Positions 53,242 through 63,772 of a DNA stretch of 64,000 nt are shown here, in pieces. The stretch comes from Candidatus Latescibacterota bacterium (GTDB lineage: Bacteria > Latescibacterota > UBA2968 > GCA-2709665): positions 448,001 through 512,000 of the forward strand of contig OZ250150.1 in NCBI GenBank assembly GCA_965237675.1, read 5' to 3'. Below the pieces are notes generated by a model. That model ran no database searches. It was not told where the DNA came from and was given only the letters and a program-made list of their open reading frames with translations. The number at the start of each line of letters is the position of its first letter. Position 1 is the stretch's first letter. Position numbers and translations under genes: made by a program.

Positions 53242-55263
53242 ATGCCAGACGAGAACCGAACGCTCCGCCGGTCGGCGCTGCTGCTTTTTCCGGATGCCGT
53301 GCTGAACGAGAAGACGCTCGACCGGATTGTCGATGAAGGGTTCACCGACGTGGGCGCAGGCGTTGCGGTCACGCCGGCGATAAAACAACAGGGCTTTTCG
53401 CTGGAGCAGTCGGAGAGGCTTGCCCGGATGTGCGAGAAACGGGGCCTGGGTCTGATTGCCTTTACCGGGTATATGAAGTATAACGAACACCTGCTGGCGG
53501 AAGAACCCCACCGGCTGATGCAAATGGTCGGCGATGGGGAAGTACTGGATCTGGACGGACTGCGGGTCCGGTGGATGTGTCCCTTTCGCCCCGAGAACAA
53601 GTCACACTACCTGTCCCTGCTGATGGAGATTTGCAACTGGCGGGCGATTCGGGAGATCCACCTCAATGACGAGGCGTGTCTTGGATTCGGAGACGGAACA
53701 ATCGGCTGTTACTGCGAATTCTGCCAGGCTGGATTCCGGGAGCGCACGGGATCCGATCCGCCGAGGTCGCCTGATTGGGACGATCCTCTGTGGTACGCGT
53801 GGCTGGAATTCCGCTTTGACAATTGGGAGGCGGTACACTCGGAATTTCGGCGGGCAATCAAGGATGTCCGGCCGGACGTCGCCGTGGGGATACAGCACAG
53901 TCCCGCCATGCCTGAGCGGAATTACAATGCCTGGCAGACGGCCGTCTGCCTTGCCCGGGATGCCCGTTCACAGGATGTTATCGCCACGGATCCCTATCAT
54001 TTCAATCACGACGACCTCATCCTGCACCGGCCTCACCGCAGAATCCTTTCGGAGACGACGAGAAGCCTGATGGGGGCGTGCATGGATCGGCAGGTGGATA
54101 TCTATCCACAGGGCTTCATGCCCCCGTCGCAGGCGGTGCCGATGGGAAGGCAGGACGGTCTGCTGGCGGGCGTGGTGCCGTTTGCGCTGGGTGCAGACCT
54201 GGTGATGCCATTTACCTATGAACAGATGAAGATCATCCCGGGGTTTTTCGAGGCGTTCGAAGAGTCCAGGCGGCTGGACCCCATGTTCGAGTCCCACCGG
54301 CCCTATAGTTTCGCGACGATGATTATGCCCCAACAATCCGAGATCACCGGCCACTACGATTCGAACTGGGGGCATCAAGGGTTGATCCAGATGGTCGATA
54401 TGGTCTACCGGACCGGCCTGCCGTGGCGTTGGTTCTGGGACCAGCGCCTGGACGACGTGGGCGGCCAGCTGAGGGGACCGGTCATCCTGCCCGAGGTGCA
54501 CTGCCTCACGCAGCTACAACTCGATCGCGTCAACACGGTTGCCGAACGTGGAGAGGGTCTCCTCTGGATCGGCAACAGGCCGGCCACCCCGTGGGCAGGC
54601 AGCGGCCCATGCAAGCTGCCTTGCGCGATTGAGTCGGGGGTCTTTGAACTCGACCTTCAGGGCGATCATCCACTGACAGACGGCCTGGAGCACCCGGTGA
54701 TCCTCAGTACCCGCGTAAATGGTCCTTGTCCGGACGGACAGGTGTTGGGGACGGTGGATGGCCGGCCAGCACTCGTGCTCACGGAGGATGGGGAGCGGCG
54801 GGAGGCCTGGCTTGCGGGCATGCCGGCTGTAAACTACACGGGGACCGTACCCGGCAAGTCTTCGCTCGAGGAGACGTCCAACGTGGAACTGCTGCGCAGG
54901 CTGATCCTCTGGATCGCGGGCCGCAGGCCGTTGGCGCGGCTGGACCCCTTCCCTCCCGTGGATGACTACCGAACGTTGCGGCCGTCAGACCGGCGCGCCG
55001 TGCCCACCATCGAACTGTTGCCCATGGTCGGGGACACCGGTTCCCTGCTGGCGGTCCTTTTCCCGTATACGCCGGTGAGATGCCGGACGTCCCTGGAAAT
55101 CAGCCTTCCGGAAGGGCAGACCGTGCGGAACGTCCGCGAACTCTGGTCCGGTGAGGACTGGAGCGACCGCCTGACGTTGGCCGAAGAAGACGCGATGCGC
55201 ATTCCGCTGGACATTGCGGGGGATTGTGATCTCCTGGCAATTCATATGCAGATCGAGAGTTGA
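53242..55263 (+). CDS. GH42-like TIM-barrel protein, paralogue of 44025-46121
   Basis: FTGYMKY, WMCPF, LNDEA, CYCEFCQ, TDPY; GAGGAGG RBS. Confidence 0.62.
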   Translation: MPDENRTLRRSALLLFPDAVLNEKTLDRIVDEGFTDVGAGVAVTPAIKQQGFSLEQSERLARMCEKRGLGLIAFTGYMKYNEHLLAEEPHRLMQMVGDGEVLDLDGLRVRWMCPFRPENKSHYLSLLMEICNWRAIREIHLNDEACLGFGDGTIGCYCEFCQAGFRERTGSDPPRSPDWDDPLWYAWLEFRFDNWEAVHSEFRRAIKDVRPDVAVGIQHSPAMPERNYNAWQTAVCLARDARSQDVIATDPYHFNHDDLILHRPHRRILSETTRSLMGACMDRQVDIYPQGFMPPSQAVPMGRQDGLLAGVVPFALGADLVMPFTYEQMKIIPGFFEAFEESRRLDPMFESHRPYSFATMIMPQQSEITGHYDSNWGHQGLIQMVDMVYRTGLPWRWFWDQRLDDVGGQLRGPVILPEVHCLTQLQLDRVNTVAERGEGLLWIGNRPATPWAGSGPCKLPCAIESGVFELDLQGDHPLTDGLEHPVILSTRVNGPCPDGQVLGTVDGRPALVLTEDGERREAWLAGMPAVNYTGTVPGKSSLEETSNVELLRRLILWIAGRRPLARLDPFPPVDDYRTLRPSDRRAVPTIELLPMVGDTGSLLAVLFPYTPVRCRTSLEISLPEGQTVRNVRELWSGEDWSDRLTLAEEDAMRIPLDIAGDCDLLAIHMQIES

Positions 55264-55298
55264 GCGCTTCCCCAACACAATCCGGAGATGTCGAACGA

Positions 55299-57269
55299 AT
55301 GTCGCAGACAACCGGACGGGTCATGCCGGATAGCCGGATGACGGACGGAGACGGGCTATCGCTCCGGGCGTTCCTGATCGGGCTAGGTCTGTGCGCTTTT
55401 CTGGGGGTCTGGCTGACCTACAACCGGATGGTGGTGCAGGGGCCCTTTATGGGCTGGTATTTTCTGGACCGGGGCGTCTTGTTCCTCTTTTTCTGCCTCG
55501 TGGTGCTGCTCAACCCCATGCTGGGCTTTTTGAAGCGCCGCTATGCCCTGGGCCGCGGCGAGTTGCTGGCCATTTATGCGATGCTTCTGCTCTTGATGCC
55601 GGCGTGGGCGATGAGCAAGGCACTGCTCGGGTTCATGACAGGCGTGACCTACTACGCTTCGCCGGAGATGCGGCACCTGGAGGCGGTTCTGCCCTATTCG
55701 CTGCCGTGGCTGGCGGTCCTGGACGTCGAGGCGGTGAGAGGGCTGTACGAAGGATTGCCGAAAGGAGGATCGGTTCCCTGGTGGGCGTGGGTGGTTCCCC
55801 TGTGGAGTTGGGGGTCGTTTCTGGTCGCGCTGTTTGTCGTGCTGGGTTGTCTGGCGGTGGTTCTACGGAAGCAGTGGGAGGAGCACGAGCGATTCTCCTT
55901 CCCGATCATGCAGGTGCCCATTGCGATGGGAGAGCAGGGGACGGGGAGCGTGGGACCGCTGTTCGGAAGCCGGATGATGTGGTCGGGGTTTGCGGTACCG
56001 TTTACCGTCGGTTCGATCAATGCGCTTCACAGTTACTTCCACACACTGCCCCGAATGAACCTGAGGGCAGTCATATGGATCTTCAGGCGCGCGATACCTC
56101 TGTCAATCAGGCTCAACTTCGCCCTTCTGGGTTATGCCTATTTCGTAAACCTGGACGTGAGCCTCAGCATCTGGCTCCTGAATGTCATCGCCAAATGCAT
56201 CAGCGGCGCGCTTGCATTGTTGGGGGTGGATCGATACGGCCTATCGGGGATGGTGGGGCGGCACAGTTCCCAGGGGTCGGAATTCCTCGCGTTCATGGGC
56301 ATGGGGTATATGCTGGCGCTGGCCGGTTACAGCCTGTGGATTGCCAGGGGCCATTTGAAGGCGGTCTGGGCGAAGGCACTGGGCCGCCGGTCGGACCTGG
56401 ACGATTCGGAGGAGGTGGTCCCCTACCGGACCGCGCTGGCGTGTGTTTTGATGGGGTCGCTGTATCTCGGATGCTGGCTTTATCAGGCGGGGTTGTCGCC
56501 GCCCGTGATCGCATTCCTGTTCGTCGCCTGCTTTGTGGTATTCCTCGCCCTTTCGCGGATCGTGAGCGAGACCGGTTATGCCGCGACATATTCTCCGCTG
56601 AATCCGTCGGAGTTCGTGGTTTGCGCGGTCGGTTCTTCGGCGTTCGGTCCCACGGGTCTGGTAACCGTCGGGCTCAGTTACGTGTGGACGATGACGCGGC
56701 TGAATACGATGATGCCTCGTGCTTCGGCGGCGCTCAGGTTGGCGCGGGAAATGGGAAGGACGCGGGGTTTGATCTGGGCGATGGGGGCGGCACTTGCCGT
56801 GGGACTGGTCGTCGCCAGCTATACGACGCTGGATCTGGGGTACGCGCACGGAGGACGAAATCTGGACTACTGGTTCCGGGACGTGAACGACGCCGCCCTT
56901 CCGTACGACGAATACGTGGGACGCCGCCTGTTGGATCCGAGCCCGATTTTCTATCGAGGATTCATATATACCGGATTCGGTCTGGGCGTTGCCGCCCTGT
57001 TGATGGTCCTGCGAACGCGGCTGCCCTGGTGGCCCCTGCACCCCGTGGCGCTGCCGGTGAGTACGATCTGGATGACGGAGCACTATTATTTCAGTGTTTT
57101 TCTGGCCTGGGGGATCAAGGCGCTGGTGATGAAATTCGGCGGGGCGACGCTCTACAGGAGAACCAGGCCGTTCTTCATTGGGATCATCCTGGGAGAGGCG
57201 GTCTGCCTGGGGACGTGGAGCCTGATCGACTTTGCCACCGGAAAGGTGGGAAACATATCCCTGCTTTAA
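55299..57269 (+). CDS. DUF6785/DUF6784 membrane protein, paralogue 2
   Basis: Same motifs as paralogue 1 (RKQWEEHERFSFP, RIVSETG, WWPLHP). Confidence 0.78.
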   Translation: MSQTTGRVMPDSRMTDGDGLSLRAFLIGLGLCAFLGVWLTYNRMVVQGPFMGWYFLDRGVLFLFFCLVVLLNPMLGFLKRRYALGRGELLAIYAMLLLLMPAWAMSKALLGFMTGVTYYASPEMRHLEAVLPYSLPWLAVLDVEAVRGLYEGLPKGGSVPWWAWVVPLWSWGSFLVALFVVLGCLAVVLRKQWEEHERFSFPIMQVPIAMGEQGTGSVGPLFGSRMMWSGFAVPFTVGSINALHSYFHTLPRMNLRAVIWIFRRAIPLSIRLNFALLGYAYFVNLDVSLSIWLLNVIAKCISGALALLGVDRYGLSGMVGRHSSQGSEFLAFMGMGYMLALAGYSLWIARGHLKAVWAKALGRRSDLDDSEEVVPYRTALACVLMGSLYLGCWLYQAGLSPPVIAFLFVACFVVFLALSRIVSETGYAATYSPLNPSEFVVCAVGSSAFGPTGLVTVGLSYVWTMTRLNTMMPRASAALRLAREMGRTRGLIWAMGAALAVGLVVASYTTLDLGYAHGGRNLDYWFRDVNDAALPYDEYVGRRLLDPSPIFYRGFIYTGFGLGVAALLMVLRTRLPWWPLHPVALPVSTIWMTEHYYFSVFLAWGIKALVMKFGGATLYRRTRPFFIGIILGEAVCLGTWSLIDFATGKVGNISLL

Positions 57270-57326
57270 CGAACGACGACATGCCTGTTGATCAACGGAT
57301 CACTTCATTCAAAAGGAGTCCCAACC

Positions 57327-58244
57327 ATGCTGACTCAGGAACAGATCGACTTCTATCGGGCCAATGGCTATCTGGGTCTTGAGAACGCTCTCTCACAAGC
57401 GGAGGTCGAAGAACTTCGCCAGGTTACGGACGCGTTCGTTGACGCGTCCCGACAGGTCACCAGAACCAACGACGTATTCGACCTGGAACCGGGCCATACG
57501 CCTGAAAACCCGCAGTTGCGCCGTCTCATAGACCCATCCAGGCAGCACGACGTGTACGCCCGTGGCCTGCGCCACGAAAAGATCCTCGACATCACCGCAC
57601 AGCTCATCGGTCGCGGCATTCGGACCAATGGGGATAAGCTCAATATGAAATCCGCCGAGGTGGGAAGCCCTGTGGAATGGCATCAGGACTGGGCGTTCTA
57701 CCCCCACACCAACGACGATCTTCTCGCCGTTGGCGTCGCCATAGACGACATGACCAGGGAAAACGGCTGCCTTCTGGTGATCCCCGGATCTCACAGGGGT
57801 CGCGTCTACGACCACCACCTCAACGGCCGCTTTGCCGGCGCGGTCACGGAACCGGATTTCACTGGCGACGGCGCCGTACCGATCGAAGTCAAAGCCGGCG
57901 GTATCTCCATCCACCACGTCCGAATGCTGCATGGCTCCGCCCCGAATACGTCCGGCAAGCCTCGCCGTCTCCTCCTCTGTATGTATTGTGCGGTAGATGC
58001 CTGGCCGCTGGTTCAGCCCACAAATAGCTGGGAGGAGTTCAACGGCAAAATTCTCCGCGGGGAACCGACCCGCGAACCACGCCTGGTCGACGTTCCCGTT
58101 CGGATACCGCTTCCCCCTGCCGACCGCCGGGGGTCGATTTATGAAATTCAGACCGTCCTCGAGTCGAGTAAGGTAACTCCCGGCGATGTCGGAACTCCGA
58201 GTAAAATCTCTTCGATTCTTTCAGGAGAAGACAAAGTTGCGTGA
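57327..58244 (+). CDS. PhyH-family dioxygenase
   Basis: MLTQEQIDFYRANGY, EWHQDWAFYPHTN, IPGSH, LHGSAPN; AAGGAG RBS. Confidence 0.9.
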   Translation: MLTQEQIDFYRANGYLGLENALSQAEVEELRQVTDAFVDASRQVTRTNDVFDLEPGHTPENPQLRRLIDPSRQHDVYARGLRHEKILDITAQLIGRGIRTNGDKLNMKSAEVGSPVEWHQDWAFYPHTNDDLLAVGVAIDDMTRENGCLLVIPGSHRGRVYDHHLNGRFAGAVTEPDFTGDGAVPIEVKAGGISIHHVRMLHGSAPNTSGKPRRLLLCMYCAVDAWPLVQPTNSWEEFNGKILRGEPTREPRLVDVPVRIPLPPADRRGSIYEIQTVLESSKVTPGDVGTPSKISSILSGEDKVA

Positions 58245-59208
58245 TTTTCCGTCAAAAGATGAGGTCACCATCTGTTTTGCCGGTACCTATCAGATGGCGG
58301 CCAGGTTTGAGAAGCGTGAATCCGGTATCAGCCACTACCAGGCGTGGACGCCGGATGAGGTAACCGAGCGAATCGGAGAGGTTGTCGTGTTCGTGGGTTA
58401 CGGATTCTGGCGCAACGGTCTGCTCGACCTCGCGCCGAGGCTCCGGTTGATCCAATCAATCGGCGCGGGGTACGACGTGTTTCCATTGGATGAGTTGAGG
58501 TCACGGGGCATACGGCTTACCAGTTCCCAGGGTGTGAACAGGAACGCCGTGAGTGAGCACGCGATGGCGCTTATTCTGGCGTTTGCCCGACACATCCACA
58601 CCGGACGGGACAACCAGCGCCGGCGCCACTGGCGCGGAATGATCTCGGACCTGTCGCGGCGAGAGGACGAACTGGGTGGAAAGACGATGCTGATCGTGGG
58701 GATGGGAGGTATCGGGTCCAGGCTGGCGGCGCTGGCCAGGGCGTTCGATATGCGTGTCCTTGCCACGAAGCGCGACCCGGCGACGGCCAGGGGACCGGCG
58801 GACGAGGTGCATACGCCGGACCGGCTGCGGGACCTGCTGCCGCAGGCCGACTACGTCGTGTTGACCTGCCCACTGACGCCGGAGACGGAGAAGATTATCG
58901 ACGCGGAGGCCCTGTCTGCGATGAAGAGCTCTTCGTGTCTGATCAATGTCGCTCGGGGCAGGTGCGTGGATGAGCCGGCGCTGCTGGAAGCGGTGCGCAG
59001 CGGGTCGATTGGGGGCGCCGGGATCGACCTTTTGTGGGACGAGCCGCTACCGGAGGACTCGCCGTTTTGGGACCTGGAGAATGTTGTGATCACGCCCCAC
59101 ACCGCGGGCCAGACCCGCATGTACGAGGAGAATACGATCGATATTCTGTTGGAGAACCTGGAACGGCTGTGGCGTGGCGAGGTGGAACTGCGTAACCAGG
59201 TTCTGTAG
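58237..59208 (+). CDS. D-2-hydroxyacid dehydrogenase
   Basis: GAGYD, VSEHA, IVGMGGIG Rossmann, INVARG, EPLP, TPHTAG. Confidence 0.9.
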   Translation: MRDFPSKDEVTICFAGTYQMAARFEKRESGISHYQAWTPDEVTERIGEVVVFVGYGFWRNGLLDLAPRLRLIQSIGAGYDVFPLDELRSRGIRLTSSQGVNRNAVSEHAMALILAFARHIHTGRDNQRRRHWRGMISDLSRREDELGGKTMLIVGMGGIGSRLAALARAFDMRVLATKRDPATARGPADEVHTPDRLRDLLPQADYVVLTCPLTPETEKIIDAEALSAMKSSSCLINVARGRCVDEPALLEAVRSGSIGGAGIDLLWDEPLPEDSPFWDLENVVITPHTAGQTRMYEENTIDILLENLERLWRGEVELRNQVL

Positions 59209-59276
59209 AGGGGGCCCTCACCCCGCCCGGCTGCTGCGGGCAGGGTATAAGTGAAGGGTTTTTGTGTGCGGAGAAT

Positions 59277-61748
59277 ATGGCAATGGTGAGGTTGGAAGTG
59301 TTGAAGGCTGCGGTGAACTGTGTGACGCTGGATGTGGACCTTCAGGGGGAAAGGGGGGCGCGGATTTATCGTGCACGGCGGGCGTCCGGGCCCTACGAGG
59401 AAGTGGGGGTGGCCTACGGGAAGCGGTATGTGGATGGGGCGGATTTGGTGCCGGGGAGGCGGCATTTCTATTGTGCTGCAGCCTGGAACGGTCCCTACCT
59501 GTATCCGGGGCCGGGGTGGTGGGAGGAGCGGCAGCCGGTTTCTGTGGTTGTTCCACGGGCGCCGAAGGAGAGGCGGGCTATCCTGACGCGGAAGCGACAG
59601 GCGTTTACGGTGAATATGGGCGGGTACCTGGACGAGTCGAATACGGTGACGAAGCAGCCGGAGACGTACTCTTCCGGACCGGGCCGGAGTATGCCGCCCT
59701 ACGACCAGGCGTTTGAACCCAACATGTATGTGGCGATTGAGAACCAGGGGGAGACAGATGTGGTGAATCCGTGGGTGGTGGCCAATGGGGAGAGGGACTG
59801 GTGGTCAGTTGAGGGCATGGCGCAGGAGATTCTGGAGACCGCCGGTTCGGGGGCGTCGGATGGTGAGAAGGCGATGGGAGTGTGGCGGTTTGTTGCCGAA
59901 GAGCTTTACGACCAGAGGGCCGGTCTGTCGTGGTCGGACGATTTTGGAGACCCGGTAAAGCTGTTCAATGTGTACGGGTTCGACGGCTGTATTGCGAATG
60001 CTGTCGTGAGCTGCCGTTTAGCCGAGGCAGTTGGACTGAAGGCCCGTGAGATCTGGCTGGGCGGAATTGCCTCTATCGATGGCTACGGCCGGGGACGGGC
60101 ATGCGCCCATGATATTTTTGAAGCGTATGCGGAAGGGAACTGGCGTTTCCTGGATACGGATCAGATGGTGTATTTCCTGAAGCGGGACAACAGGACGGTG
60201 GCGGGGTCGGAGGATCTGGCGCGGGATATCGATCTGATGCGCCGGTCGCACCGAAACCTGGGTCTGGCGGGAAGGGATATGCCGGAAAATGAGTATTATT
60301 ATACGCCGTTCCAGGAGCGGCAGTTTGTGTATCCGCCGAACAAAGGGGGGGTCTGGACGGACAACACGGGCGTTTTTACGCATGCGCCGGGGGAATATCC
60401 GCCGCCTCATACGATGGGGCTGCGGTTGCGTCCGGGGGAGAAGCTCGTGCGCTACTGGGACAACGTGGGGAAACAGGTGGTGCGGGGGCCTCGAATGCAT
60501 CCGGAGGTACGATTTTCCAACGGGAAGCTGGTCTACCGGCCGGACCTGCGCAGTCCGCTCTGTCTGAAGGGGACCGAGGGGTTGACGAATGTGGTGCAGG
60601 AGGGCTCGGGGCGGAGAGCCGCGCTGCATCCGGCAAGGGCGGGGCAGGTGTCGGAGGTGGTGTGGAAGGTGGCGTCGCCTTATGCGATTCCGGGGGTGCA
60701 GGTGGGGATCACTTGCAGGCGGGAGACCCGGGAGGACGGTCTGGAGGTGTTATTTTCTAAGGATGGGAAGAACTGGCGTTCGATCTGGATCGCGTGCGGA
60801 CAGATGCGCGAGGGCAGACAGGATATTGTGCGTAGGCTGGACGCGTGCATAGAGTTGGACGGGCTCATCAATCCGGCGCTGAACGACTGGCGGGAAGAGA
60901 AGGACCTGGTGTGGCGGATGGGGCCCTGCTATTCCTACTACATCAAGGTGGCGATGTGGGCAGGTTCCGGACCGGAGGCAGTGGGGCTGGACGCGATCCG
61001 GTTCGACACGGACATCCAATGCGCCACACGATCCCTGCCCTCGCTGTTTTTCGGGAAGAATACAATCGCCTACCGGGATGACAGCCCGGGACGGCGAAAG
61101 GTGCGTGTGACGTATGGCTGGCAAGAGGAACATGCGATAAGGCCTCCCGCGGCACCGGAGCCGGTGTATCCCCGAGATGGGGCGGCCGTGAACCGTCTGA
61201 ATTTCGAGTTCCGGTGGAAGCGTCCCAAAGGGGGCAGTGCGCGGGTGGACGAATACCACGTGCAGGTGAGCCGGCACGCGGATTTCCGGTGGTGCGTCTG
61301 CCCGACGTTCGACCGCTATGTGGGGAGGACAAAATATGCGGGAAAGACGCGGTGGCAGCCGGAGTTTCCGAATCTGCTGAATCCGGATGAGACCTATTAC
61401 TGGCGGGTGCGGGCGAGGAATGCGAAGGGAGTGTGGGGAGACTGGAGTGCGGTGCGGTCATTCGTGCCGCACGGTCCCCGTCTTCCGGTGGGTCCTGAGG
61501 TGAAGGGTCGAGGCAAGGGCAGGGCGCTGGTGTGGTCGGCGAATGAGGAGGGGAATCCGCCGGTTGGGTATCGGGTTCACGGATCGATGGAGCCGGGAGG
61601 TTTTTCGGCAGGTGAGGAGAATCTGGCAGGCGTCGTGGAAGAGGCGCGCTGGCCGCTGGAGGGGGCGAGGAAGGGGATGTCGTATCGTGTGGTGGCGGTG
61701 GATGCGCGCGGGGTGCCAAGTACGCCTTCGGATTACGTCGAAATCTAA
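59277..61748 (+). CDS. Transglutaminase-like domain protein with FN3-like C-terminal domains
   Basis: VYGFDGCIA (Cys), HDIFEAY (His), WRFLDTD (Asp); YYWRVRARN...WS and YRVVAVD FN3 motifs. Confidence 0.65.
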   Translation: MAMVRLEVLKAAVNCVTLDVDLQGERGARIYRARRASGPYEEVGVAYGKRYVDGADLVPGRRHFYCAAAWNGPYLYPGPGWWEERQPVSVVVPRAPKERRAILTRKRQAFTVNMGGYLDESNTVTKQPETYSSGPGRSMPPYDQAFEPNMYVAIENQGETDVVNPWVVANGERDWWSVEGMAQEILETAGSGASDGEKAMGVWRFVAEELYDQRAGLSWSDDFGDPVKLFNVYGFDGCIANAVVSCRLAEAVGLKAREIWLGGIASIDGYGRGRACAHDIFEAYAEGNWRFLDTDQMVYFLKRDNRTVAGSEDLARDIDLMRRSHRNLGLAGRDMPENEYYYTPFQERQFVYPPNKGGVWTDNTGVFTHAPGEYPPPHTMGLRLRPGEKLVRYWDNVGKQVVRGPRMHPEVRFSNGKLVYRPDLRSPLCLKGTEGLTNVVQEGSGRRAALHPARAGQVSEVVWKVASPYAIPGVQVGITCRRETREDGLEVLFSKDGKNWRSIWIACGQMREGRQDIVRRLDACIELDGLINPALNDWREEKDLVWRMGPCYSYYIKVAMWAGSGPEAVGLDAIRFDTDIQCATRSLPSLFFGKNTIAYRDDSPGRRKVRVTYGWQEEHAIRPPAAPEPVYPRDGAAVNRLNFEFRWKRPKGGSARVDEYHVQVSRHADFRWCVCPTFDRYVGRTKYAGKTRWQPEFPNLLNPDETYYWRVRARNAKGVWGDWSAVRSFVPHGPRLPVGPEVKGRGKGRALVWSANEEGNPPVGYRVHGSMEPGGFSAGEENLAGVVEEARWPLEGARKGMSYRVVAVDARGVPSTPSDYVEI

Positions 61749-61765
61749 TAAAGAGGATGTAAGGG

Positions 61766-63745
61766 ATGGCCGACGTCCGGGCGGAAGGTCTGCGAGGTCG
61801 AACCCCTGGCGAACGCAGGATGTCAGGGGAGGATGTGCGGGACGGACTGACGGGTCGGGCATTCCTGATCGGGCTTGCCCTTTGCCTCTTTCTGGCAGTG
61901 GCGATCCCGTACAACCGCATGGTGATCCAGGGCACGTCTCTCCACTTCTATTTTGTGGATCGAGGCGTCTTGTTCGTTTTTCTGTGTCTGATCCTCCTTG
62001 TAAACGTCGTCCTGAAGCCAGAGCACACACTGAAGCGGGGAGAACTCCTGTGCATCTTTTCGATGCTTCTGGTGTCGATGCCCACCCTGTGGATGGTCAA
62101 GTGGCTGATCGCCTTCCTGACCGGCATGACCTACTACGCTTCTCCGGAGCGTCCCGATCTGGAGGCGGTGCTGCCCCATGTTCTCCCGTGGACGGCCCCC
62201 CAGAACGCCGAGGCCGTGCGGGGGTTCTACGAGGGGCTGCCGCAACACGATCCCATTCCCTGGCTGGCCTGGCTGGCCCCGCTGTCGAGCTGGGGTTCGT
62301 TTTTCCTGGTATTGTTCGGGGTGCTGATATGCATCTCCGTGATTTTTCGCAAACAGTGGTCAGAACACGAGCGGTTTGCATTCCCGATTCTACAGGTGCC
62401 GCTGGAGATGGCGGAAACGGGAAGTGGGCGGTTGGGTCCCCTGTTCAGGAACAGGCTGATGTGGGCGGGGTTTTCGATTCCTTTTCTGATCGGTACGATC
62501 AATGGGCTGAATCACTATTTCTATACGCTGCCCAGAATCCGGATGGGGACGATGCTCCGGATCTTTCAGGGCACGACGCCATTGCCCCTCAGACTGCACT
62601 TTGCCATTCTCGGGTATTCGTACTTTGTGAACCTGGACGTAAGCCTGAGCATCTGGCTGTTCAACGTGATCTCCAAGGTCATCCGGGGGATGCTTGCGGT
62701 GCTCGGAGCCGAGTATACCGATGTGTCCGGGATGGTCGGTCGGTTCAGTTCCCGGGGTTCGTCGTTTCTGGCGTTGACAGGGATGGGTTATATGCTGGTG
62801 CTGGCCGCCTACAGCGCATGGACCGCAAGGGGCCACCTGCGAGGGGTTTTCGCCAGGGCGCTGGGAAGGCCGTCGAATGCCGACGATTCCGATGAAGTCA
62901 TCTCCTACCGCGCGGCTGTTCTCGGGGCCCTGGGTGGGTTGGTGTATCTCGGGTGCTGGCTCCACCAGGCCGGAATCTCGCTACCATTGATTTTGTTTCT
63001 GTTTTTTTCCTGTATCGTGGTGTTTTTTGTACTGGCCCGGATTGTGAGCGAGACGGGGTTCGTAGCTACCTACTCGCCGATCAACCCCGCGGAGTTTGTG
63101 GTCTGTGCGACGGGTTCCTCTGCGTTCAGCCCGGCGGGGCTCGTGACGCTCGGGTTCGGCTACGCCTGGACAATGACGCGGGTCAGCAATGTGATGCCCC
63201 GCGCTCTGGGGGCTTTGTGGCTGTCGAGGGAGATGAAGCGCAAACGCGGCATGATCTGGGCGATGGGCGCGGCGATGGCGGTTGGGCTGATTACGGCAAG
63301 CGTGATGACGCTGGACCTGGGCTATGCGCGCGGCGGCCTGAACCTGGACCGGCACTTCCGCGATTATTCGCGCATCCCTTTCGATGCCTTTGTGGGTACC
63401 CGAATGCTGGAGCCGAGTCCCGTCTTCACTAAGGGGTTGCTCTATACCGGCCTGGGGATGGGGGTTGCGGGTCTGTTAACCCTGCTGAGAATGCGCCTTA
63501 GATGGTGGCCTCTACACCCGGTGGCGCTGCCCTTGAGTACAATCTGGTACACGGATACCTATTTTTTCAGTGTGTTCCTGGCCTGGGGGATGAAGGCGAT
63601 CGTGTTGAAATTCGGAGGGGCGAGGCTTTACCGTAGAACCCGGCCGGTTTTCATGGGTATAATTCTGGGAGAGGCGACATGCGCGGGTGTGTGGGCCATT
63701 GTGGACTATTTTAATGGAATGATCGGGAACCGGATCTTCGTATAA
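61766..63745 (+). CDS. DUF6785/DUF6784 membrane protein, paralogue 3
   Basis: Same motifs (RKQWSEHERFAFP, RIVSETG, WWPLHP). Confidence 0.78.
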   Translation: MADVRAEGLRGRTPGERRMSGEDVRDGLTGRAFLIGLALCLFLAVAIPYNRMVIQGTSLHFYFVDRGVLFVFLCLILLVNVVLKPEHTLKRGELLCIFSMLLVSMPTLWMVKWLIAFLTGMTYYASPERPDLEAVLPHVLPWTAPQNAEAVRGFYEGLPQHDPIPWLAWLAPLSSWGSFFLVLFGVLICISVIFRKQWSEHERFAFPILQVPLEMAETGSGRLGPLFRNRLMWAGFSIPFLIGTINGLNHYFYTLPRIRMGTMLRIFQGTTPLPLRLHFAILGYSYFVNLDVSLSIWLFNVISKVIRGMLAVLGAEYTDVSGMVGRFSSRGSSFLALTGMGYMLVLAAYSAWTARGHLRGVFARALGRPSNADDSDEVISYRAAVLGALGGLVYLGCWLHQAGISLPLILFLFFSCIVVFFVLARIVSETGFVATYSPINPAEFVVCATGSSAFSPAGLVTLGFGYAWTMTRVSNVMPRALGALWLSREMKRKRGMIWAMGAAMAVGLITASVMTLDLGYARGGLNLDRHFRDYSRIPFDAFVGTRMLEPSPVFTKGLLYTGLGMGVAGLLTLLRMRLRWWPLHPVALPLSTIWYTDTYFFSVFLAWGMKAIVLKFGGARLYRRTRPVFMGIILGEATCAGVWAIVDYFNGMIGNRIFV

Positions 63746-63772
63746 GCGGCGTTCACCTCAAAGGGAGACGGA

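Noticed and set aside
55391-57382. Long alternative-frame and antisense ORFs (also 61543-62895, 26054-27382, 39440-40708, 49041-50297, 8951-9997)
   Set aside because: They overlap well-supported genes, are low-complexity or motif-free, and are expected shadows of high-GC codon usage.
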